A stretch of 59,876 bases of DNA. It comes from Planctomycetota bacterium (GTDB taxonomy: Bacteria > Planctomycetota > UBA8108 > UBA1146). Location: positions 1 through 59,876 of the forward strand of contig PAIH01000024.1 of assembly GCA_002711105.1 (NCBI GenBank), given 5' to 3'. The position numbers and the translations under genes were made by a program. A model generated the notes under the pieces. That model saw only the letters and a list, made by a program, of their open reading frames with translations. It had not been told where the DNA came from and made no database searches. Below are positions 1-8,041 of the stretch, piece after piece; the stretch's first letter is position 1, and every line of letters starts with the position of its first letter.

Positions 1-1
1 G

Positions 2-355
2 CAGGGCGGCACCGGCGGACTGGTACTGTGGCCCATCTTCGGTGTCACCAATCAACTGCTGGCGAGTCTCACCCTGGTGGTGCTGACCACCTGGCAGGCG
101 CGCAGAGGTCGTCCCATCTTGCCGACGCTGCTGCCACTCATCTTCCTCACCGTCACCGTCGGCTGGGCCGCCATCTCCCAGATGCGTGGACTACTCGGAG
201 CAGAGACCATCGCCTGGCCCCAGGTGATCGTGCTCGGCTTCGGCATGCTGCTGCAGTTGTGGATGCTGTTAGAGGGACTGATCTGTCTCACCGGGACTCG
301 CAGTGGCCAGCAAGATGAACGCATCGATTCTCTTGGGGTGGTGCGTCAGGGCTGA
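2..355 (+). CDS. cstA: carbon starvation protein CstA family, C-terminal fragment (5' end lies outside the window)
   Basis: Frame 2 is open from the window edge (QGGTGGLVLWPIFGVTNQLLASLTLVVLTTWQ...). The hydrophobic helices and the WP(I/L)FG..NQLLA motif are typical of the CstA C-terminus. TGA stop at 353-355. Confidence 0.6.
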   Translation, partial: QGGTGGLVLWPIFGVTNQLLASLTLVVLTTWQARRGRPILPTLLPLIFLTVTVGWAAISQMRGLLGAETIAWPQVIVLGFGMLLQLWMLLEGLICLTGTRSGQQDERIDSLGVVRQG

Positions 356-357
356 AC

Positions 358-1320
358 TCAGCGCGAGCAGAAGCCACGGTGCTTCTGATAATAGTCCTGG
401 TGGTATTCCTCGGCGCGCCAGAAGGTCGGGGCCTGGGTGATGATCTGGGTGCAGAAGTCACGCCCATCGAAGGCATTTTCTTCCTTCATTTGCTGCATCA
501 CCTGCTCGACCTGTTCGGCTTCGTCTGCATCGTTGCAGAAGATCACCGATCGATACTGACTGCCGACATTGGGACCTTGCTGATCGGGGGTAGTCGGATC
601 GTGCAGGGCAAAGAACAGCTGAACCAGATCGCGGTATCGGAGTTGCCGTGGATCGTAGAGCAGTTCCACCACCTCGGCATGACCGGTCTCCCCGGAGCAG
701 ACCTGCTCGTAGGTGGGATTGTCGTGGTGACCTCCCATGTAGCCGGAGACGGCATCGACGACGCCATCGAGGCTCGCAAAGCGATCCTCCACGCCCCAGA
801 ATCAGCCGCCACCGAACCAGGCGCGAGCCAGTTTCGGGTCCGAGTCCCGATCATCCAGTTCGGGAATCTCGCGCGCAATCGCCTGGCCCTCCGGATAGAA
901 ATGCAAGGATGCCGAGTTGAGGCAGTGGCGGGTTCCGGTCGGGGGAGGCCCGTCGGGGAAGGCGTGACCGAGATGGGCATCACAGCGGCCACAGGTGATC
1001 TCGATGCGCACCATGCCATGGCTCTCATCGTGCTTCTGGCAAACGTGCTGCGGGTCGAAGGTGTCGAAGAAGGAGGGCCACCCGGTACCGGAATCGAACT
1101 TGTGTTCGGAGCGAAACAACGGCAGGTGACAGACAACACAGGCGTATACCCCATCAGATTTCTCCGCCAGATTGCCGCCGCAGAAAGGAGCTTCCGTTGC
1201 TGATTTCTGGGTCACCTGGTGCTGCTCTGGAGAAAGACGCCGGGTCAGTTGTTGATGATGCAGCGGTTCCGGAGCCACGAGCGGAAAGCCGCTGGCCGAG
1301 ATTTCAGGTCCGGAAGCCAT
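358..1320 (-). CDS. msrBA: fused methionine sulfoxide reductase MsrB-MsrA. An in-frame TGA (802-804) at the MsrA catalytic position is predicted to encode selenocysteine.
   Basis: Track ORFs 802..1440 and 358..792 share one frame and are separated only by TGA. The N-terminal half carries MsrB motifs ([30 protein letters not shown]). The C-terminal half is MsrA (FWGVEDRF...GYMGG...[18 protein letters not shown]...GSQYRS). The junction reads GGG-TGA-FWGVE, matching the conserved GCFWGVE. The ATG at 1320 (MASGPEIS...) is the preferred start; an upstream ATG at 1440 is also possible. Confidence 0.8.
748..789 (-). promoter_or_regulatory. candidate bacterial SECIS region (two adjacent mRNA hairpins downstream of the UGA)
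   Basis: Hairpin 1 (789..769) is GAGG-A-UCGC-UUU-GCGA-G-CCUC and starts 12 nt after the UGA. Hairpin 2 (768..748) is GAUGGCGUC-GUC-GAUGCCGUC, a 9-bp stem including 2 G-U pairs. Both were folded by eye only. Confidence 0.3.
802..804 (-). other. in-frame UGA codon, predicted Sec codon of MsrA
   Basis: Minus-strand codons read GGT GGC GGC TGA TTC TGG GGC GTG GAG (G G G * F W G V E). The TGA occupies the Cys position of the GCFWG active-site motif. Confidence 0.75.
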
Positions 1321-1417
1321 GGAGTCTTTCCTTTCCAGCTGTTTCAACGAACCACCATCGTACCTCCAACGATGGTACCCTCGGGTCGGGGCGATCCCAA
1401 CCGGAGAATCGCCCACC

Positions 1418-2137
1418 ATGGAGGTATGCTTGGAAGACACCCAACGACCGGAAACACCCGCTCAGGAGCAGATCAGCTGGCAGATATTCCGTGATCGATT
1501 CATCTCTGCGTTGGGTCCATTTGCACCTGGATTCGCACGAGAGCAACTGGCGCGGCACGCCTGGCTGGTGCGTGAGAAAAATCAGGTGATGAATCTGACC
1601 CGGGTCACCGATCCGGAAGCGATGGCGATCCGACACACCGCCGACTCACTGGCCTCCCTGCCGCTACTGGCCGAAGGGGGAGAACAGATTTTCCATCACG
1701 TACTCGACCTCGGAACTGGAGCCGGTTGGCCCGGTCTCTCCATCGCCATCGCCTGCCCCCACCTTCGAGTGACATTGATCGATTCGACGCGCAAGAAGAT
1801 CGATTTTGTGCAATCGGTGGTCGAGGAACTGGAACTGCAAGATCGCGTCACCTGCGTCTGGGGTCGCTTCGAGGAGTGGATCAGAGAACAACGCAAGGAT
1901 ATCGATCTGGTCACCGCCCGCGCTGCCGGACCTGTAGATCGGATCCTCGGCTGGTGCACCAACAGTTACTTCGGACCGATGCTGCTGTGGAAAGGTCCGG
2001 CTGTAGACAAAGAACTGAAGGATGTCGAGGGACTGATGTGGAAACGGCGCCTGTTCGTCGCTCTCGACGAACCGTATCAGATTCCCGGCGATGAGGCGGT
2101 GCGACGACTGATTCTCATCGATCATCTGCGCAGCTAG
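1418..2137 (+). CDS. rsmG: 16S rRNA (guanine527-N7)-methyltransferase RsmG (GidB)
   Basis: [20 protein letters not shown], a SAM-binding motif [17 protein letters not shown], and [11 protein letters not shown]. Start is uncertain: the ATG at 1418 (MEVCLED) is preferred over the ORF-track ATG at 1319, which would abut the msrBA start. Confidence 0.85.
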   Translation: MEVCLEDTQRPETPAQEQISWQIFRDRFISALGPFAPGFAREQLARHAWLVREKNQVMNLTRVTDPEAMAIRHTADSLASLPLLAEGGEQIFHHVLDLGTGAGWPGLSIAIACPHLRVTLIDSTRKKIDFVQSVVEELELQDRVTCVWGRFEEWIREQRKDIDLVTARAAGPVDRILGWCTNSYFGPMLLWKGPAVDKELKDVEGLMWKRRLFVALDEPYQIPGDEAVRRLILIDHLRS

Positions 2138-2403
2138 CTGGCGTCGTCATCTCTACGAATAAAATGTGCGCCACGATTTGTAATCCGATCTCGTATCGCC
2201 CCGACGATGGTCGCAGTACCGGAAACGGTTAAAATGGTGGCGAGAATATACTGGATGATGTCAGGCTCGATGAAGATTGCCAGCCCTGCAAGGAGCAGGA
2301 ACGAGCCTATGATCAGTTTGCCTTTGCTTACAATATTGATAGCGCAACCGCTCCCCTCAAGATTTTTCCACGTCAATCTCCAGTGCCAGTCCCATTCCTC
2401 CAC
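2134..2403 (-). CDS. hypothetical small membrane protein (two predicted TM helices)
   Basis: An 89-aa ORF fills the lower-GC gap between the convergent rsmG and thiolase genes. It has hydrophobic stretches IIGSFLLLAGLAIFI and YILATILTVSGTATIVGAI. Its 5' end overlaps the thiolase 3' end by 47 nt. No recognisable homology. Confidence 0.3.
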   Translation of the reverse strand: MEEWDWHWRLTWKNLEGSGCAINIVSKGKLIIGSFLLLAGLAIFIEPDIIQYILATILTVSGTATIVGAIRDRITNRGAHFIRRDDDAS

Positions 2404-3541
2404 TGATGCATAGGGTCGCTAGCCCCTTTCCACCACCTCGACGTCTGAGTTCATGCAAGAGAGTGGTCGTGATGCGTGCCCCGGTCGCTCCGATGGGATG
2501 TCCGAGTGCTATCGCTCCCCCGTTGACGTTGAGACGATCTCGGTCGATGTCGATCTCACGGAGACAGGCCAACACCTGAGCAGCGAACGCCTCGTTCAAC
2601 TCGACCAGATCGTAGTCATCGATGCTGCCACCGGTTTTCTCCAGCAACTTCCCGATGGCAGGAACCGGTCCCATTCCCATCCGCTTCGGTTCGACGCCGG
2701 CGCGCGTCGAAGCACCCAGAGTCGCGAGGATCGGCCAGCCCTCCTCGCGAGCCAGAGACTCATCTGAAATCACTACAGCACAGGATCCATCGGTGATGCC
2801 CGATGAATTGCCGGCATGGATCGAGCCGTCCTTCTTGAAAACCGGTTTCAGTCGACCCATTGCTTCGATGGTGACATCGTTTCTGGGATGTTCGTCGGTC
2901 TCCACCACCGTCGCACCCTTGCGTCCAGCAATCTCGACAGGAGCGATTTCATCGCTGAAAAGACCCGCTTCGCGGGCTCTCTGACAGCGTTGTTGACTTT
3001 CGACGGCGTAGGAATCCTGTTCTTCACGAGTGATGGCAAACTCTTCGGCGAGGTTTTCGGCGGTGGCACCCATCAACTGATCAGCCAACGGACAATGAAA
3101 TCCATCACGGTACATTCCGTCGACCAGTTCTCCCTCGCCCAGGCGATAGCCCTTGCGTGCACCCAGCAGGTAGAAGGGCAATTGCGACATACTCTCGGTA
3201 CCACCGGCAACCATCACCTGCGCATCTCCCCGCTCGATGGCATCGCGGGCTTCGATGATGGACAGGAGTCCAGAGCCACAAGCCATGTTCAGGGTGATGG
3301 CGGTCGAATGTTGCGGCATCCCGGAACGGATGGCGATCTGGCGTGCCACGTTGGGACCACCGCCAGCCTGTCGGCCACAGCCGAAGCGCAGTTCATCGAC
3401 ACGGTCTGCAGAAATTCCGGCAGCTTCCAGCGCTGGCACCACGGCCGCCACTCCCAGATCAGCGGGAGTCAGCGATGAAAGGCCACCGAGGAACTTCCCG
3501 ATAGGAGTGCGCTTCGCCGAACAGATGACCGCTCGACTCAT
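2357..3541 (-). CDS. acetyl-CoA C-acetyltransferase (thiolase II)
   Basis: 394 aa. Contains MSRAVICSAKRTPIGKF, the active-site region LNMACGSGL, NVNGGAIALGHPIGATG and LCISGGMG. Confidence 0.92.
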   Translation of the reverse strand: MSRAVICSAKRTPIGKFLGGLSSLTPADLGVAAVVPALEAAGISADRVDELRFGCGRQAGGGPNVARQIAIRSGMPQHSTAITLNMACGSGLLSIIEARDAIERGDAQVMVAGGTESMSQLPFYLLGARKGYRLGEGELVDGMYRDGFHCPLADQLMGATAENLAEEFAITREEQDSYAVESQQRCQRAREAGLFSDEIAPVEIAGRKGATVVETDEHPRNDVTIEAMGRLKPVFKKDGSIHAGNSSGITDGSCAVVISDESLAREEGWPILATLGASTRAGVEPKRMGMGPVPAIGKLLEKTGGSIDDYDLVELNEAFAAQVLACLREIDIDRDRLNVNGGAIALGHPIGATGARITTTLLHELRRRGGGKGLATLCISGGMGLALEIDVEKS

Positions 3542-4689
3542 GACTGGGCTCCTGTCAGAGATCTCGAAACGAGGATCTTCTGCAGATCCTCACCACCACC
3601 AAAGGGAGCCGAGGATTGCACGTCCCGGTAGGCACGCTCCACCGGATACTCGCGGCTGTAACCATTTCCACCGAGGATTTGAACTGCATTTCTGGTCGTC
3701 TGGTAGGCTGCCTGTTTCGCCGCAAGATTCGCCATCGCAGCCTCTCGGCTCGCCGGCTTGCCACTATCGAAGAGGCTGGCAGCACGCCACAGCATCAAGC
3801 GAGCTCCCTCGATCGCGGTGGCGGACTCGGCCAACATCGCTCGTATCGACCCGAACCGATCGATCGATCGACGAAACGCAATGCGCTGCGACGAGTACCC
3901 CAGAGCCTGGCTGATGGCCCCCCGCGCCACTCCCACTGCAACCGCGGCACTGCCGAGACGAGATTTGTCTACTACCCCCGATATGGCGGACCAACCAGAA
4001 TCTGCTTTTACCAGGCGAGCACCAGCGTCAAGGCGAACCCCGTCGAGTTGAAGATCGCACAAGCCCGCCCCCCTCAGACCGAGCAGATCCTTCATCGGGT
4101 CTCGGGAACAACCATCCGATTCAGGATCGACCACATAGGCACCGAGATCCTGCAGTTGTTCGTCACCACTTCGAGCGACAACGGTGACCAGTCCGGCCAG
4201 GGCTCCTGCCACCAACCAGGTCTTTCTACCGTGCATCGAAAAACCATCTGTTTCTTCACCTACGGCACAGGTGATGCCGGAGGCATCCGATTCCGCTTCG
4301 ACCTCGGCCAGGGCAAAGGTGGCAAGGGTCTCGCCGCTGGCCAGCCCCGGAAGCCAACGCTGGTGGCCTGTCTCGTCGGCGAGATCCAGGATGGCAGCGG
4401 AACCCTCGAACAGGTGTGTCGAAAGCACCGCAGCGGTGGAAGCACAACAGCGGGCTACCTCTTCGACAACCAGACAAGCAGTGAGTAGATCCAGACCTGC
4501 GCCCCCATACTGTTCGGGAATCGTGAGACCCATCATTCCCAGTTCTGCCAGCTCGGCAATGGAATCGGTCGGTAGACCCTGAGACTCATCGAGTTGTTCT
4601 GCTCTCGGTGAGATCTCATTATCCGCAAAATCCGCGATCAGCTCGCGAACTTCCTGGTGATGTTCCTCGAAGCGGATCACGATCAACAC
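3538..4689 (-). CDS. acyl-CoA dehydrogenase family protein
   Basis: 383 aa. Has the C-terminal ACAD signature (QILGGNGYSREYPVERAYRDV) and a 4-nt overlap with the thiolase start. Confidence 0.85.
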   Translation of the reverse strand: MLIVIRFEEHHQEVRELIADFADNEISPRAEQLDESQGLPTDSIAELAELGMMGLTIPEQYGGAGLDLLTACLVVEEVARCCASTAAVLSTHLFEGSAAILDLADETGHQRWLPGLASGETLATFALAEVEAESDASGITCAVGEETDGFSMHGRKTWLVAGALAGLVTVVARSGDEQLQDLGAYVVDPESDGCSRDPMKDLLGLRGAGLCDLQLDGVRLDAGARLVKADSGWSAISGVVDKSRLGSAAVAVGVARGAISQALGYSSQRIAFRRSIDRFGSIRAMLAESATAIEGARLMLWRAASLFDSGKPASREAAMANLAAKQAAYQTTRNAVQILGGNGYSREYPVERAYRDVQSSAPFGGGEDLQKILVSRSLTGAQS

Positions 4690-4736
4690 CTTCCGTTCAT
4701 ACTAACTCGAAGCCTGCCAATGCTGCTGCGACAGCA

Positions 4737-5684
4737 TCATCGGGATATCCCCTCATCGTGGGGGCCTGTGAGCAGGGTATCCAGTGCCTCTCTGACGGTC
4801 ATCTCTCCTCGTACCACGCTGCTCGCCAGCTCCTCCATCCGCGCACAACCACCGGCAGCATCGAGACCTTGTCTCAGCCACACCTGCTCGGCTCTCCTGC
4901 GGATGCGACGAAGGATCCTGGCTTGAATTCGTGCCGGGTCAGGGGATCCTCGATGGAGCTGAGCCAGCTTGAGAAGTTCCTCTGCCACGGTATCGACACC
5001 GGTTCCGTCGTGACTGCTGACTGCGATGGGATCTGCTGTTTCTTGATCGCGCGCCGCCTCCTGGGACCACCGCATCAGTTCATCCGCTCCGGGGCGATCA
5101 AATTTATGCACGATGATACGGTCGACGATTTCCAAAACCCCTGCCTTGAGTAATTGAATCGCATCGCCCGATTCAGGGCTGAGTAGCAACCATGCCTGGT
5201 CTGTTTCCTGCCCAACCTCGACCTCGAGTTGACCGACGCCCACTGTTTCGATGATGATGATGCCAAATCCAGCGCGGGCAAGGATCTCGGCGGCAAGGTC
5301 GGTGCAGCCGGCGACACCACTGGTCGACCCACGGCTGGCGATGCTGCGAAACCAAGCTCCCTCTCCGAGGTCACCGGATAGCCGTACTCGGTCTCCTAGT
5401 AGTGCACCACCCGAGAGCGGGCTGGTAGGATCGATGGCCAGCACCGCAACACGCTCTCCCCTGTTGAGAAGTTTCGGAACCAACTGGGAGATAAGAGTGG
5501 ACTTCCCGACCCCAGGGGCTCCGGTCAAACCGATCCGAAAACTATTCGAAGACCCGGGAAGGCCCGCCAACAAATCGTCGGCAGCGGACTCGTCCTCCTC
5601 GACCGCCGTGATGGCACGCCCCAGATGGCGTCTTGACCCCTGCAGGATTCCGGCAACCAGTTCTTCGAGGTCGAAAGCTGGCAA
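4737..5684 (-). CDS. meaB: methylmalonyl-CoA mutase-associated GTPase MeaB/ArgK (G3E family)
   Basis: P-loop GLTGAPGVGKSTLISQL, then [20 protein letters not shown] and IIIETVGVGQ, followed by the (H/N)KxD-type HKFD motif. Confidence 0.88.
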   Translation of the reverse strand: MPAFDLEELVAGILQGSRRHLGRAITAVEEDESAADDLLAGLPGSSNSFRIGLTGAPGVGKSTLISQLVPKLLNRGERVAVLAIDPTSPLSGGALLGDRVRLSGDLGEGAWFRSIASRGSTSGVAGCTDLAAEILARAGFGIIIIETVGVGQLEVEVGQETDQAWLLLSPESGDAIQLLKAGVLEIVDRIIVHKFDRPGADELMRWSQEAARDQETADPIAVSSHDGTGVDTVAEELLKLAQLHRGSPDPARIQARILRRIRRRAEQVWLRQGLDAAGGCARMEELASSVVRGEMTVREALDTLLTGPHDEGISR

Positions 5685-5686
5685 GC

Positions 5687-6886
5687 TTACCCCCGCACCG
5701 GTCGAACATGCCTGGCGATGACGAGCCTCTGAATCTGACTGGTTCCCTCATAGATCTCGGTAATCTTCGCATCGCGGAAGAGCCTCTCGACCGAGCTCTG
5801 CCGTCCAATCCCCATTCCACCGTGCACCTCCAGTGCCATCCGGGCCGCATCGTTGGCGATCTCAGCAGCACTCAACTTCGCCATCGATGCCTCCTTCGAG
5901 TGTGGCAAGCCAAGATCTTTCAGAATCGCGGCTTTCCGCGTCATCAAGCGAGCTCCTTCGAGTCGAGTCGCCATCTCCGCAATCTTGTGAGAGACCAGCT
6001 GGTTGTCGGCGAGTTTCCGTCCGAACATCTGGTGGCTCTCGGAAAAATTGATGGTCTCGTCGAGACAGGCCTGGGCGATCCCATTTGCCTGTGTTGCGAT
6101 TCCGATCCGTCCTCCATCGAGGGTATGCATGGCGACCTTGAAGCCGTGGCCTTCCTCGCCGAGCAAGTTCTGGGCAGGAACTCGCAACTCGTCAAAGATC
6201 AGTTGCACCGTATCAGAACCGCGGATCCCCAGTTTCTTCTCTTTCTTACCGACTGAAAACCCAGGCATCGACTTCTCAATCACGAATGCATTGATCCCGC
6301 CCGCTCGCAGAGAAGGGTCCATCGTCGCGAAGGTCACGATGACATCCGCATAAGATCCATTGGTGATCCAGGCTTTGGTGCCGTTGAGTATCCACTCATC
6401 CCCTTCGCGACGACAGGTGGTCTCGATCGCCGCAGCATCAGAACCATGATCTGGTTCTGTGATGGCGTAGGCCCCCAGAATTTCGCCACTAGCAAGACTC
6501 GGAAAGTAGCGAGCATGTTGTTCTTCGGAACCAAAATGTAGCAGCGGGCTTGAGAAGAGCGAGTTGTGAACCGAAAGCGTCACGCCGGTAGAGGCGCAGC
6601 CTCGGTTGATCTCTTCCAGCGCCACCGAAAGAGCGAGATTGCCGAGTCCAAACCCTCCGAACTTGGAGGGAGCCAGGATGCCCATGAAACCCAGCTTGGC
6701 GAGTCGCGCCATGTTCTGGGCGGGATAGCTCTCCTCGCGGTCATGGCGATCTGCCGCGGGAATCAGTACCTCATTGGCAAATTCATGAGCGATTTCCTGC
6801 AATTCCCGATGCTTCTCAGGCAGAGAAGTCCCGAGCATCGCGCCCAGAAGACCTTCGAAATCCTCGCTCATGCTCTCTTCGAGCAT
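5687..6886 (-). CDS. acyl-CoA dehydrogenase (short-chain/butyryl-CoA dehydrogenase-like)
   Basis: 399 aa. Contains GAYAITEPDHGSDAA, WITNG, the FAD/ACAD signature QVHGGMG and IYEGTSQIQRLVIAR. Confidence 0.9.
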   Translation of the reverse strand: MLEESMSEDFEGLLGAMLGTSLPEKHRELQEIAHEFANEVLIPAADRHDREESYPAQNMARLAKLGFMGILAPSKFGGFGLGNLALSVALEEINRGCASTGVTLSVHNSLFSSPLLHFGSEEQHARYFPSLASGEILGAYAITEPDHGSDAAAIETTCRREGDEWILNGTKAWITNGSYADVIVTFATMDPSLRAGGINAFVIEKSMPGFSVGKKEKKLGIRGSDTVQLIFDELRVPAQNLLGEEGHGFKVAMHTLDGGRIGIATQANGIAQACLDETINFSESHQMFGRKLADNQLVSHKIAEMATRLEGARLMTRKAAILKDLGLPHSKEASMAKLSAAEIANDAARMALEVHGGMGIGRQSSVERLFRDAKITEIYEGTSQIQRLVIARHVRPVRG

Positions 6887-6902
6887 CTATCACTCCTTCT
6901 CG

Positions 6903-7793
6903 TCAGGAATAATCGTAGAAACCGCGGCCACTCTTCCTGCCCAGGTCTCCGGCCGCCACCATCTTTCGCAGCAACGGACAGGGGCGATATTTCGGATCTC
7001 CCAGCTCGTCTTGTAACACCTCTAGAATGGTGAGACAGACATCGAGACCGATGAAATCAGCCAGGGCCAGTGGCCCCATCGGATGCCCCATTCCCAGCTT
7101 CATCACTTCGTCGATCGACTCACGAGTCGCGACACCCTCCATCAATGCATAGAAGGCCTCGTTGAGCATTGGGGCGAGAATCCGGTTAGCCACGAAACCA
7201 GGATAATCTGCCACTTCCCACGGCTCCTTACCCAGTCGACGGGCAAGCTCGAGCGTGGCGGCAACTACATTGTCGGAAGTACGATGCCCACGGATCACCT
7301 CGACCAACTTCATCATCGGAACCGGGTTCATGAAGTGCATCCCGACGAAGGCCTCTGGTCGCGAGGTAAAGTTCGCAAGCCTCGTGATGGAGATGGACGA
7401 TGTGTTGCTGGCAATCACTCCATTGTCTGCGACCTGCTGATCAAGAGCACTGAGCACCTTCTCCTTCAGACTCTCATCTTCCGGCACCGCCTCAACTGCC
7501 CACTGCACTCCGGCAGCAGCTTCAGGACTGGTCTCGAAGGAAATTCTACCCAGGGCAGATTCTGCATCGGCGGAGGCGATCTTTTCCTTCTTCACCATCC
7601 GACCGAGACTGTTCTCGATGAAGCCACGAGCGCGTTCCAGGGCTTGATCGACCGGGTCGATGACGACCACTTCATAGCTGGACTGTGCGAAGACCTGGGC
7701 GATCCCGTTCCCCATGGTCCCGGCACCAACAACAGCGACGCGTTGTATCGAATCGACCAGAGCTCTCGCCTCTTCAGAAACTGGGTCTGACAT
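6903..7793 (-). CDS. hbd: 3-hydroxybutyryl-CoA dehydrogenase
   Basis: Rossmann motif [15 protein letters not shown], then [24 protein letters not shown], and [13 protein letters not shown] at the C-terminus. Confidence 0.92.
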   Translation of the reverse strand: MSDPVSEEARALVDSIQRVAVVGAGTMGNGIAQVFAQSSYEVVVIDPVDQALERARGFIENSLGRMVKKEKIASADAESALGRISFETSPEAAAGVQWAVEAVPEDESLKEKVLSALDQQVADNGVIASNTSSISITRLANFTSRPEAFVGMHFMNPVPMMKLVEVIRGHRTSDNVVAATLELARRLGKEPWEVADYPGFVANRILAPMLNEAFYALMEGVATRESIDEVMKLGMGHPMGPLALADFIGLDVCLTILEVLQDELGDPKYRPCPLLRKMVAAGDLGRKSGRGFYDYS

Positions 7794-7871
7794 GACGCTT
7801 CTTCCACCTTCCGGATCGAGGGTTTTGCCATTTCCCCGGATAATTCGGTACAGGGGAAAGGCAACCTCCAG

Positions 7872-7900
7872 ATCGTAGGAGCCAGCCTTGCGGTGGGCAA
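7872..7900 (-). promoter_or_regulatory. candidate sigma-70-type promoter for the hbd-led acyl-CoA operon
   Basis: On the minus strand: TTGCCC, a 17-nt spacer, then TACGAT, about 80 nt upstream of the hbd ATG. Sequence match only; promoter rules for this lineage are uncertain. Confidence 0.25.
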
Positions 7901-7981
7901 CCTTACCGCTCGAACCGGAGTCCTTGAATCGTCAATACCGGCCAGCAACAGAGCGTCAACGGTGGTTCCGTCATGAAGATG

Positions 7982-8014
7982 AAAAAAGACCCCGGAACGC
8001 TTGCCGCCCCGGGG
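7982..8014 (-). terminator. probable intrinsic terminator after the M4 protease gene
   Basis: On the minus strand: CCCCGG, a 13-nt loop, CCGGGG, then UC-UUUUUU (A-run 7982-7987 on the plus strand). It starts about 28 nt after the stop codon at 8042. Confidence 0.5.
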
Positions 8015-8041
8015 CCCAAAGTACTCATCCTCGCTTACTCC

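Noticed and set aside
379-1203. A 274-aa plus-strand ORF antisense to msrBA
   Set aside because: It is a shadow ORF opposite a gene with unambiguous MsrB/MsrA motifs. It has low-complexity G/A/V/L-rich sequence and no motifs.
1319-1440. Longer starts for rsmG (ATG 1319) and msrBA (ATG 1440), which would make the two divergent genes overlap by about 120 nt
   Set aside because: The extensions add non-conserved residues to both proteins. Internal ATGs at 1418 (rsmG) and 1320 (msrBA) give N-termini of normal length and leave a plausible 97-bp divergent promoter region. Start positions remain uncertain.
3616-4488. A 290-aa plus-strand ORF antisense to the acyl-CoA dehydrogenase
   Set aside because: It is a shadow ORF in GC-rich coding DNA. 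The opposite strand carries clear ACAD signatures.
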